The notes below the pieces were generated by a model. That model did not search any database and was not told where the DNA came from. It saw only the letters and a program-made list of their open reading frames with translations. From Pirellulales bacterium (lineage in GTDB: Bacteria > Planctomycetota > Planctomycetia > Pirellulales > JBBDJB01), in the NCBI GenBank assembly GCA_040880125.1, contig JBBDJB010000032.1:11090-75089 (forward strand): 64,000 bases of DNA, in the 5' to 3' direction. Both the position numbers and the translations under genes were made by a program. This document shows, in pieces, positions 10,966 through 20,700 of this stretch (position 1 is its first letter; the number at the start of each line of letters is the position of its first letter).

Positions 10966-13900
10966 CTAACTTCCGCTGCCGACCGCCGGAAGGCGTACTG
11001 TCGATGCATCGACCGGCGCGGTGCCTCGCCAGCCGCGATGCACAATCGCACCCAGGCTCAGAGCGATGATGATCCAGCCGACAAAGCCCGGCGCGAGAAA
11101 CAGCGACCAGAACAGGCCCCCCAGCACTCCCAGCGCGTGCGGCCACCGCCAGTACAGATCGGCCCGTAGACCGCGGCGGTGCAATAGTACGCACACTTCC
11201 AGGGCCACCACCAGGGCCAGTGCGGCCAGGATGCGTCCAAACAGATTCGCGCTGCGCACATCGTCGTAGTGCATCGTCACCGTCTCGACGCCGCCCTGGA
11301 ACATACACCGCGTGGTCTGCCCCTGCCCGTCGCGGGAAAGTCGCCACAGTTCGGCCGGTTCGTCGGCGATCTGCTGGCTGCCCCGCACCTGTGCCCATTG
11401 GTCGCTCGTTTTGAGTCGCTGAGCAACGTCAGCCTGCTCGGCGGCCACGGCATCGGCGAGCGAGCGCTCGATAATCGCGTCCGGGTTGGCGGCCGCCTCG
11501 CGTGCCACTTCCATGCGAGCCAGCTCGAGCCGCCGCGACCACGGCACGTACCACCGGCGAATCACGTCGGCGGGTTGATCGGCGGCCGTTTCCGCCGCCA
11601 GTTCGATCAGCGAAGCCGTGCTCTCCAGACGCAGCACCGACTGCCGCAGTCGGCTGATCGGCTGCGCGTCGGCCGTTTGCCCGCTCCCGGCCGAAGCCGG
11701 ATTATGGACCGTCCACAGAGTCCGCTCGACCTCGATGGCGGCACTTTTGCCTTGCTGGTCGGCGGATAGCAATCGCGGCGCGTGAAGTCGCAATCGGCCG
11801 GGCAGCTCGGCCACGCCGGTCCGATCGAGGGCGAACACCACCTCCACGCGCTGCGGCAGCGACTGAGGGCCGAGCATCATTCGCCAGCGCTGCGGATCGA
11901 CCGGCTCGAGCGTTGCCGGCAGCCCCGCCACGGTGGCGCAGATCAGTCGACCGCCCTCTGGCAATTCCAGGACGCATGAGGCCCGGCCGGCTGGCTCCAG
12001 GTCGAACGTCGCCACCCCCTGGTACGAACCATCGGCTTGCACGGCGGCACGCACGTCGGCCAGGCGGATTTGCGCCACTGTCGGCGGCGGAGTAGACTGC
12101 AGCACGGCCTGATATTGGCCATCGAGCACCTGGTAAACGGTGCGGTTGGCATTTCGCTCCGTGCCGAGATGGTCGGGCAGTTCCGCCGCGCGCAGGCCTC
12201 GCGTGTCCCAACTGACTTGCTGTAGATCGGACTGCGTGGGCAAGACGACATACTGCTCGACGTTGTCGATGCTCTGCAGCTCAACCCGCGGCACTCGCAC
12301 GCGCTGCGTGGGAGTGAGCGAAACAGCGGCGCGGACTCTTACGAGCCGTTGCTCGCCGATCGGCGATCGCGGGCGGATGGTCAGTTGCCGGCGGTTGTTG
12401 CCGGGCAGATTTACGACGTGCACGGAGGCGGCGGGTTCAACCGTATAGGCGGACGCATCGCTGCTGCCCCACCAGGTCGGTACGTTCAGACGGACGTGGT
12501 CGAGAACGCCCTCCGCGATGTTCAGCCGGCAGATCCACTCGGCCTGCCATCGGCCTCCGGTGAATCGCAGGGCCGTCGCCGTGGCAGCGGAAGTCTGCGG
12601 CCGGTTGGGGGAGATCGAGAGCGTCACGTCGCCACCAGAAGCCACCGCGAACGCTCCCACCAGCCGCGCGTCAGGAAATGTGCCGTCGCCTGGCTGGACT
12701 TGCTCCACGGGAGAAAGTGACTCTTGCTCGGGAACATTCACAAGCACTTCCGGCCGGCGGTAAACTCGCAGCCGCGAGGACTGCACAAGCCAGGCGCCTT
12801 GTGCGTCGGAAGCCGGAAGTACATCGATCCGCGGAACCGTGAAGTCGCTCTCCAGCGGCAGGTCCATACGGCCACGAACAGTCAACTGTGGGACATTGAC
12901 CGGTGGAGTGTCAAGCAAGACCGTCAGCAAGCCGCTTTGGTCGTCTCGCCACCAATGGGCCGGCCGCGAGACGCCCTCATCCACGACCGCCACGTCATTG
13001 ACCGAGAGCTGCTGGGGAATTGCGACGGTGTATTGAAACTCCGGCCCCGCGGTACTGATCGTGGTGAGGTTCATCTCGTACTTGGCTTCGCCGCGGCCCA
13101 GACAGACCGCCATCTGCTGTTCAATGGCGGCTTGCCCGGCACGAGGACGCGTGGCCAAACTCCAGTCCACGCCGCCAGCGGGCAGTTGATACGCCAGCGA
13201 CGGAGTCTCGCTGGCGGCGCCCCAGGCGGCGGAAAACTCCGATATGCCCACCGCAGGGAGCGAGTCGTTCTGCGGACTCTGGAATTGAAGTTCGGGGCCG
13301 ACCGAGACCGCGAGCAACCGCCGCGTCCGCTGCATCGACTCCAGGGAAACGTCCGGCAAATGGTAGTGTCCCACGCCCGAGGCACCGCTGAGACGAAATC
13401 GCAGATCCACCGTGGCGCGATCGGTGATGGGGCGATCCCATCGCAGGACAAACTGTTGGCGTTCGCCGACCAGCGTCCGCTGGCTGGTGATCGCCGACTG
13501 CTCGTCGATCGGCAGCAGCGACAGCCGCGGGTCGGCCGAAACATTCAATTGCCGAACGCTCCCCTCCAGGACGTTGAGCTTCCACCGGACGCGAAGCGTC
13601 ACCGCGCCGGGCCGGATGTCCAGCCATTGAAGCTCTTCGACTTCCGCGGCGGCCCGCTGGCCGTTGGTCGGAGCGAGACTCGGCCAGCCGACGGCGAGTG
13701 TATCCGTCGAACCGAGTTCCGCAGTCAATACGCCGGTGTCTGGATCGATTGACGTAGCGCCTCGGGCGGTTTCAATTTCCACGCCGTACGCGTCGTCGGG
13801 TATCGACAATACCAGCCGCGAAGCGGGCACGGGCGGAATCGGCAGCGTGAAGCCGCTGGTTGACTCCTCGATCTTCGTACCAGGCCGAAGCAACACGGAG

Positions 13901-16900
13901 ATACGATACCGGCCCGGTTCCGAGACGGGAACGACGATGCCGCTTCCGTCGGGGCCGCTTTGCGGAGTGGCGCGCCGTCCGTCCAACCGCACGGCATCGA
14001 GCGAGTCGGCCAGGGTGCCGGCATCGAACGGCAGCGAGACACTCGCCGGCCGTCCCCAGACGACCAGGTCGTAATCCGCTTCGAGTCCTTGCGGAGTGAG
14101 GCTGTCGTGTGCCTCGTTCCACTCCAGCGATCCGCGATAGGCGGCGCCGGTGATCATCCAATCGCGCGGCACGTCGGAAGGCGCCGCCCGCTGCTGAAGC
14201 GCCTTATAGAACTCCTCGGATAGGTAGTACTTGCCGCCGATCGGATCGCCATTGGAGTCGGTGGGGATCAGCAGTCGATGTATCGTTGGCGCGGCAGCAG
14301 TTGCCGAGTTTCGATCCGACGCGGATTGGCCGAGTTGTGGAGCACCAAGTGCCGCTTCGCCGGGCAGTACGGAGACCCCGATCGCGAGGAACAGAACTGA
14401 CTGTACCAGCACAAACTGGGTGGAGCTCGCTTCCGACTCAATGGTGGCGGGAATGCGGCTCGGCCGAAGCCGCAACAGGCGGATCAGCCCACCGGCCAGC
14501 GTACCCATGAAGACGCCGGTGGCTAGACTAGCATATGCCTCTGGAAGCAGCAGGGCCGCGGTCGCGGCGCATCCCGCGAGGACGAACAACACCAGCAGCC
14601 GCTCGGCGATCTTCCAATATACGACGGCGGCAATCGCCAGAAATAGCACCAGGCTGAGCATGCTGACCGCCTGCTCTCGCACGACGCGTACGCCGGCCGG
14701 CTCGCCGGCCGCGTTCTCTACCCGGTAGATCTGCCACCCGGTGACGTCGGGCGCAGCCGGCCAGTTGGCGGCCCACGGGGAGACCGCGCGGGCCAGCTGC
14801 TCGGGGTGCGCGCCACTTGTTACATCACCGAAGGGCATCGCAGTGGCCATCGAGACGTCGCTATCAGCGACGGCGGGCGCCTGTTCGGCGTCAGCCGGTA
14901 GTCGCCCCAGCGGCCCGAATAGACGCTGGCTCCAAGACATCCGCTGGTCGGGTCGGGCGGCGATCGAATCGGTCGCCACGTAGCCCGGCGGCAGCCATAG
15001 TGTCCAGTCGCTTGCTACGATCGGCAGGTCAATGCTCGGGATGCGCGGTTTGAACGTGTTGAAGATCCGCAGCGGCCGGCCACCACTCACGTAGTGCAGC
15101 GACACGACGGGAAACCGCTGGCCGACCGGCAGGTTAAGCTGAAATCGCCGTGGATACTCGCGAATCTTGGCTTGGGCGACCTGCTCGCCGTCGATCCACA
15201 CTGCCTGCAGCTCGGAACCCACCGGCACCGACAATTCGACTTGGCGTCGTCCGGCGTTCTCGATGCGGAAGCTAGCGAAGTGGGCCGCCGTGCCGTCCGG
15301 CATGCAGCGAGTGTCAAGACTGCACTTCCAGACCCAGGCCAGCGGATGAGCTGCCGACTGCGGCGTCGGCTCCAAGGTTACTGCCGCGGTCGCTTGATCC
15401 GCGACGTCGCGCGAGGGAACATATCGGAATGTCGCCCGGGCGGTGGGGAACTGTTGCGGCAGCGTCAACTCGGCGGGCATTGGCTCCAGCCGATGATTGT
15501 GGATCAATGGCCGCGCGTCGCCATCGACAAAGATCGTCAGCCGTCCGGTCTGTTCCGTCGCGTCGGGTAGCGATGCCAGGCGGACGTCCACGGATTGGGT
15601 GAACGGCAACGTGCGCTGTGCCCGCACTGCAAACGGAGTGGTCATGGGCCGGCGGAGCGCCAGTTCCCAAGTTTCACCTTCCGCCGCCGCGTCGCCGGAC
15701 GAGGCCGGATCACTCACCCGCTCGGCGGTCAGTTGGGAAGCGGGTTCACCCACCAGCGACCACTTCAGCGGCGGACCGCCGGCGTGGCTGAACTGCACCA
15801 GCACGCGGTCCAATCTGGACGAAGCCGGCGTGCACGTCAGCCGGTGGGCTTCGACGAGCGAGTCGCCCTCGATGCGGATCTCGGTATCGACCTGACCTGT
15901 GAACACGGGCGTTTCTTCTTGCAACGAGAATCTCGCCGCCTCGGCCGCCGAATCGAGCGGAAACAGTAGGCCGTCGGTGCGTACTCCAAACAGGGTCGCC
16001 TCGATGTCTCCCAGTTCGGCCAGGTTGATCAGAGACAGCGCCTGGTCCCGATCGTGTCGGAGCTGAAACGGTGCGGCCGCGCGCACCAGCATCAGCTCCC
16101 GCATTTGGCTCACGTTTTCAAAGGAGAGCATCCGCAACTCGGCCACAGGAGTGGCCTGCGCAAGATTCCCACGGCGCAATCGACCCCGGATTACCACCCG
16201 CAATGGACGTGAGGGCCCTAGCGCCTGGGCCAGTTGGATGCTTAGCGTCCGGCGGCCGTCGGATGCCTCTTCGAGGCTCCAGTCGCCGAGTGCCGATTCG
16301 GGCAGTGTCTCCACGGTGTCGACGATCCATTGCGACAGAACGCGTGCACTCAACTGGAACGACTCGGAGCGACTGGTCTGAAACTCGGCGATCGTTCGGC
16401 CGTTGATCTCGTGCTCGGCGATTTCGGTGGTTGTGCCCGCCAGCACCTCTAATCGCGGCTCAACCCGGCTGACGCGCACCTCTGCGGTGGCGTCCGGTCC
16501 GAACGCCTGTAGTTCCAGCGACGTGCCCGACCGGGTGCCCGTCAACGGCTCCACGTTCGTCTGACGGCATTGGATCGGGAGGATTCGATTCAGGACCAGA
16601 GGCTGCGGCACGACGACCTGCAACTGGCCTTCGGTCCAGAAAGCGTCGGCCGCGCGGATACGGGGGAGCCGCCACGCCGCGTCGGTGACCAGGGGCGCGA
16701 TCGCCGAGATAAAGACGCGGCCCGAGCCCTGGATCGGTTCGGGAAGTTCCAGCACGATGCGCGTTCGCTCGGCGCCTGCTTCGGTGACGTCGGTCCAGGG
16801 AATGTCCGCGTCACGGTACTTGGCGGCGACCAGCCGCAACGTCGGATCGGCTTCAATGATTACCTGATAGATCGGGTGTCCCTGCGTCTCGAGGGAGATG

Positions 16901-17715
16901 CGACCCGAGAGCGTTAACCCCTGCGGAGAGAGGTCGTACGTCAGCAGCTCTCGGGCTGAGAGCCAGCTCGGTTTACTGTCGGTCGTTTCCGGCTCGATGC
17001 GCAGTACCAGTCGATCGGCTCCGCCCAACTCGATGTGCCAGAGTGCCTCTTTTGCCTCCTGGTTAGCGGCGGCTTCGGGATGGGGAGAGAGCTTCTCGAC
17101 GAAGCCCCCCTCCACGGCCGGCGCCATTCCGTGAGGCAATCGGAGCCGAATTCGCTTCGCCGGCACCGGGGGGAGTTGCGCTTCGAATACCAGTTCGCCA
17201 AACGCGTCGCGGCGCCCTTGCAGCGACCAGCCAAACTCGAGCGTGTCCGTTTTCTCGACCAGGACGGACGGCCCGTGCTCCCGAGTGAACCCCAGCAGCG
17301 CTTCGCGCTGGTCCGACTTCCACTTCGGTTCGAACGCAGGGAGCGAAAACAGCCCGAGGCGAAGAATCCGCGGCTGCGTGGCGTCGTGCACGATTGTCAA
17401 CGACGCAGCGCCGTCGACGAGTTGATCGTCGGCCAGACGGGCCTCGAAGCGGGCCTCAATTATTCGCGTCGAGGAGAGCGACTCGGCGCGCGAGCCATTT
17501 TGTTCCGCCTGGCGCACGAGCTGCTCGAATTGTTCGACGTCGATCGGCAGATAGCGCTGGTCGCCCAGCGGCCATTTTTCGGATTGATCGGCCGGAGCAA
17601 AGACGCGATGGTATCGCAGCGACTCAACCGTCTGCGCCTCCTGGGCGCGGCAACAGTTCGCCAAGAGCAACACGCCGACCAGCGCCGTGCTCGCGATCAT
17701 CCGTCGGCGCATCAT
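10966..17715 (-). CDS. giant hypothetical envelope protein (~2,249 aa) made of two tandem paralogous ~1,100-aa modules
   Basis: The ORF is open to 18246, but the plausible start is ATGATG at 17715. That gives MMRRRMIASTALVGVLLLANCCRAQE (signal-peptide-like) and makes an ATGA overlap with the upstream stop. By eye there is a mid-protein cluster of 4 hydrophobic helices (nt ~14350-14680) and a C-terminal cluster of 3 helices. No known domain recognised. Confidence 0.85.
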   Translation of the reverse strand: MMRRRMIASTALVGVLLLANCCRAQEAQTVESLRYHRVFAPADQSEKWPLGDQRYLPIDVEQFEQLVRQAEQNGSRAESLSSTRIIEARFEARLADDQLVDGAASLTIVHDATQPRILRLGLFSLPAFEPKWKSDQREALLGFTREHGPSVLVEKTDTLEFGWSLQGRRDAFGELVFEAQLPPVPAKRIRLRLPHGMAPAVEGGFVEKLSPHPEAAANQEAKEALWHIELGGADRLVLRIEPETTDSKPSWLSARELLTYDLSPQGLTLSGRISLETQGHPIYQVIIEADPTLRLVAAKYRDADIPWTDVTEAGAERTRIVLELPEPIQGSGRVFISAIAPLVTDAAWRLPRIRAADAFWTEGQLQVVVPQPLVLNRILPIQCRQTNVEPLTGTRSGTSLELQAFGPDATAEVRVSRVEPRLEVLAGTTTEIAEHEINGRTIAEFQTSRSESFQLSARVLSQWIVDTVETLPESALGDWSLEEASDGRRTLSIQLAQALGPSRPLRVVIRGRLRRGNLAQATPVAELRMLSFENVSQMRELMLVRAAAPFQLRHDRDQALSLINLAELGDIEATLFGVRTDGLLFPLDSAAEAARFSLQEETPVFTGQVDTEIRIEGDSLVEAHRLTCTPASSRLDRVLVQFSHAGGPPLKWSLVGEPASQLTAERVSDPASSGDAAAEGETWELALRRPMTTPFAVRAQRTLPFTQSVDVRLASLPDATEQTGRLTIFVDGDARPLIHNHRLEPMPAELTLPQQFPTARATFRYVPSRDVADQATAAVTLEPTPQSAAHPLAWVWKCSLDTRCMPDGTAAHFASFRIENAGRRQVELSVPVGSELQAVWIDGEQVAQAKIREYPRRFQLNLPVGQRFPVVSLHYVSGGRPLRIFNTFKPRIPSIDLPIVASDWTLWLPPGYVATDSIAARPDQRMSWSQRLFGPLGRLPADAEQAPAVADSDVSMATAMPFGDVTSGAHPEQLARAVSPWAANWPAAPDVTGWQIYRVENAAGEPAGVRVVREQAVSMLSLVLFLAIAAVVYWKIAERLLVLFVLAGCAATAALLLPEAYASLATGVFMGTLAGGLIRLLRLRPSRIPATIESEASSTQFVLVQSVLFLAIGVSVLPGEAALGAPQLGQSASDRNSATAAAPTIHRLLIPTDSNGDPIGGKYYLSEEFYKALQQRAAPSDVPRDWMITGAAYRGSLEWNEAHDSLTPQGLEADYDLVVWGRPASVSLPFDAGTLADSLDAVRLDGRRATPQSGPDGSGIVVPVSEPGRYRISVLLRPGTKIEESTSGFTLPIPPVPASRLVLSIPDDAYGVEIETARGATSIDPDTGVLTAELGSTDTLAVGWPSLAPTNGQRAAAEVEELQWLDIRPGAVTLRVRWKLNVLEGSVRQLNVSADPRLSLLPIDEQSAITSQRTLVGERQQFVLRWDRPITDRATVDLRFRLSGASGVGHYHLPDVSLESMQRTRRLLAVSVGPELQFQSPQNDSLPAVGISEFSAAWGAASETPSLAYQLPAGGVDWSLATRPRAGQAAIEQQMAVCLGRGEAKYEMNLTTISTAGPEFQYTVAIPQQLSVNDVAVVDEGVSRPAHWWRDDQSGLLTVLLDTPPVNVPQLTVRGRMDLPLESDFTVPRIDVLPASDAQGAWLVQSSRLRVYRRPEVLVNVPEQESLSPVEQVQPGDGTFPDARLVGAFAVASGGDVTLSISPNRPQTSAATATALRFTGGRWQAEWICRLNIAEGVLDHVRLNVPTWWGSSDASAYTVEPAASVHVVNLPGNNRRQLTIRPRSPIGEQRLVRVRAAVSLTPTQRVRVPRVELQSIDNVEQYVVLPTQSDLQQVSWDTRGLRAAELPDHLGTERNANRTVYQVLDGQYQAVLQSTPPPTVAQIRLADVRAAVQADGSYQGVATFDLEPAGRASCVLELPEGGRLICATVAGLPATLEPVDPQRWRMMLGPQSLPQRVEVVFALDRTGVAELPGRLRLHAPRLLSADQQGKSAAIEVERTLWTVHNPASAGSGQTADAQPISRLRQSVLRLESTASLIELAAETAADQPADVIRRWYVPWSRRLELARMEVAREAAANPDAIIERSLADAVAAEQADVAQRLKTSDQWAQVRGSQQIADEPAELWRLSRDGQGQTTRCMFQGGVETVTMHYDDVRSANLFGRILAALALVVALEVCVLLHRRGLRADLYWRWPHALGVLGGLFWSLFLAPGFVGWIIIALSLGAIVHRGWRGTAPVDASTVRLPAVGSGS

Positions 17716-20700
17716 GAGTTCGATTCCGACGGCTGAAGCGTCGCTGTGGAGCCGGGGGGATGCTCGGCGACGGGCGGAGCGAGGCTTTCTGTGCTTTGGA
17801 TCGGCGACGCCATCGAACTGGCACTTCCGCGGACCACCACCGGCGCCTGACGTTGCCGCGTCAGGACCAATTTGAGCAGCGTCGCCAGCACGGCCAGCAG
17901 CAGTCCCAATGTGGCCGCCTGAGCGATGAGCATCGCCGGCTCGGGGTACACCAGTCCCAGCGCCATCAGGGCCAGTGCTCCGGCTAACAACACGCCCGGA
18001 TGCCGGCTGGCACGTACGTACAGCAGCAACAGTCCCATACCCAGCGTGACGGCGGACGCGAGCAATACAATCAGCGAGCGATCGGCCGTCGAAATTCGTA
18101 GCGGTTGGACGTTCTTCAACGAACTGAATAGGTACCGATTGGTGGTCGAGGGAACGCTCGTGCCGCGCTGGGCCCCCACCCACGTTTCCAACTGCGACTG
18201 CTCCATCAGCGGTTGCCGGCCCCAGTACAGCCCCCGCCAGTCCCACAAGAACTCGCGCGCAAAGTCAGCCGGCATGACCACGACGTGCAAGTCGTTGGGC
18301 AGCACGACCTGCCAGTAGATGTGCCGGATCCAGATATCGTCGGCCGGCCGCGATGGTTCCAGCACAAGCGGACCATTCGAGGCCCCGCCGCCCTGCATGT
18401 GGTAGCGGAGCTCCAGCAGATACTCTCGCTGCGTCGGGGACTCGGGCAGAGGAACCGTCAACCGGCGCTGCTGGGGCATCAGCGCCAGACGCTCACTGTC
18501 CAGCTTCGCCTCGATAGCGTCTTCTGCCACTCCTTCCGGCAGGAGGACCTCGAAGCTCGGCTCATTCGTCGTGAAGCGAAACGTGGCTCGATCCTGTCGG
18601 GCTGTGGCGGTCAACCAGCTTTGCAGCCAGGCTCTTTGCACCACGGTAGAGCCCTCGCTTCGCGGTTGTATAAGATGCGCTACCAGCGGAACGTGCAGCG
18701 CCCGGCTCGCTTTGCTCAGCCGCAATTCGCGGCGCCGGGTGGTCGCCGTTGCCGACGGGTTCACCTCCGCCCAATCCGTGGCGGAAGTCGTGACCTCCGT
18801 CCCCTCCGCTGGCAGGATCGTCACACCGTTACTGCCGAGTGTGCCGTCGGCCGGCATCACCAGCGGCGCCGGCAGTCGAGTGCTCTGCTCGGGCCGCAAC
18901 AGCGGACCACCGAACGCATACGAGACATTCACGGTGAAAGCGCCGATGCGAGGCTCCTTCAGAGTAATCTGAACCAGCGTATGTTCGGAGTCGCTGTTCG
19001 CCTCCGTGTTCTCACGCACCGTCACCGGCAAGAGCGGCTCGCCGTCGATGCTGATTTCCAGCCCGCCGGCCGCTGCCAGTTCCGGCGGAACTTCAAGGGA
19101 AAGCTTGTCCACCGGCTCATAAGCGACGCGATAGGTGAACGTCTGTGCCACTCGGCCGCCGGTAGGATTAATAGTCACGTCGCTTTGCGCGTCGACGTTG
19201 ATCGCCTGCTCGTAAACCCGCACGCGTGCGGCAAATTCCGCCGCTTCGACGTCTCCCAAGAAGTACAACGGATTCTGCTGACGAGGCGGCAGTTCGATCC
19301 GCGGCGCGCTCTGCTGCGGCGAAAGCCCCACCATCGCCTCGGTTTGCGGGATCAGTTCTACGTTGTCGTCCGGAAGTACTACCACGATCGACCGCGTTTG
19401 CGAATCGGCCACCGGTCGAGGCAGAGGCAACCGGGCAGTGCTGTCGTCTCTGTCGACCGCTCGTCGCGCGCTGAACGTCAAGTCAATCTGCCCGATCGAC
19501 GGCTGCAGAAGGGGAACGGTCAATCGATCACCATCGGCTGGCGGAATGGCGTCGATGTCCACCAGATTGGCCGGCCCGATCGTCTCCGCGTCAACTTCCC
19601 AGCCAGCCATTTCGATTTCGACCTGAAACGCCTTGTTCCCTCGCACCGTGTAGCGTAGCCGCGCCTCCAGTCGGGCCTGCTCCTCGCCGATCAGCAGCAC
19701 GTACTGCGGCTCCACCCGCACGGTCCGCTCGCGCGGTGCGAGCCTGGCAGTGAGTGAGAATGGCTGGCGAAAGTACTCGAATCCGGCGGCCAGATCTTCG
19801 CTGCGGAGCGACTCCGGCAGCGTCTCGACCTGGTAGGCGCCGCGACGCTGCTGCCAGAGCACATGCCAGTTGCCGACGCGCTCCACGGCGATATGGCCAT
19901 ACTGGCTGACCGCCCCCAGCACCTCGAAACCGGCCAGCTCAAGCGGCTGCTCCGGCGTCGCCGAGCGATGCGGCTGCTCGGTCACCAGCCGAATCGTCAC
20001 CGGACCGGCCGTGGCTGAATCAAGACGCACATCGACAATGCCGCCGTCTTCGGAAGTAGAGGAAGGCGCGATCGCATAGTCGCGCTCGCCGTCGCTTACC
20101 AACTCGGCCCCCGGCGGCAGTCGAACTTGAAGATGGTCGAATGGACCGCCGAAACTGCGGACCGTCAGATCGGCTTCGGTGTGAACACCGCCGCCATCGA
20201 TCCGGCAGAGAATCTCGCCTTTCGCCTCGAGGCGCAATCGGGCGCGGGGCGCCGGTTCATTTGGTCGACTCCATCCGATTTCAAATTCCCCGCCAATGCC
20301 GTGCGCCACCAATTCAGTCGAATTGTCATCGCCTTTGGGATTTGATTCAACGAGCGCCGCTTCGTCGCTCACTCGTGCTTCGGCACCGGTCAGGTCGACG
20401 TTCAAACGGAGCTCGGAGGCCACGGCGCGCGGAAGATTGAGTTGCAACACGGACTCGCCTGCCACCCGTTTGACCGGCGCGAGAACGGTCCACGACAGCG
20501 TTCGCGACTGCCCCGCCTCGCCACGCATCCAGAGCAAATAGCTGGCCGAGTCATCGTCGTAGTCGATAAACGCATCTGGCGCGTCCAGCGGCTGTTTCGG
20601 CGCAACGCGACGCATGCCGATGGGAATCCCGACCGTGCCGGTGGTGTTCAGCAGCACCTCCATCACGATCGTCAGTTCCGCGCGGTCGCCGTGGACGGCG

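Noticed and set aside
17716-18246. N-terminal 177-codon extension of the giant ORF 10966..18246.
   Set aside because: It overlaps gene A in another frame and is Gly/Ala/Arg-rich. A signal-peptide start at 17715 with an ATGA overlap is a far better model.
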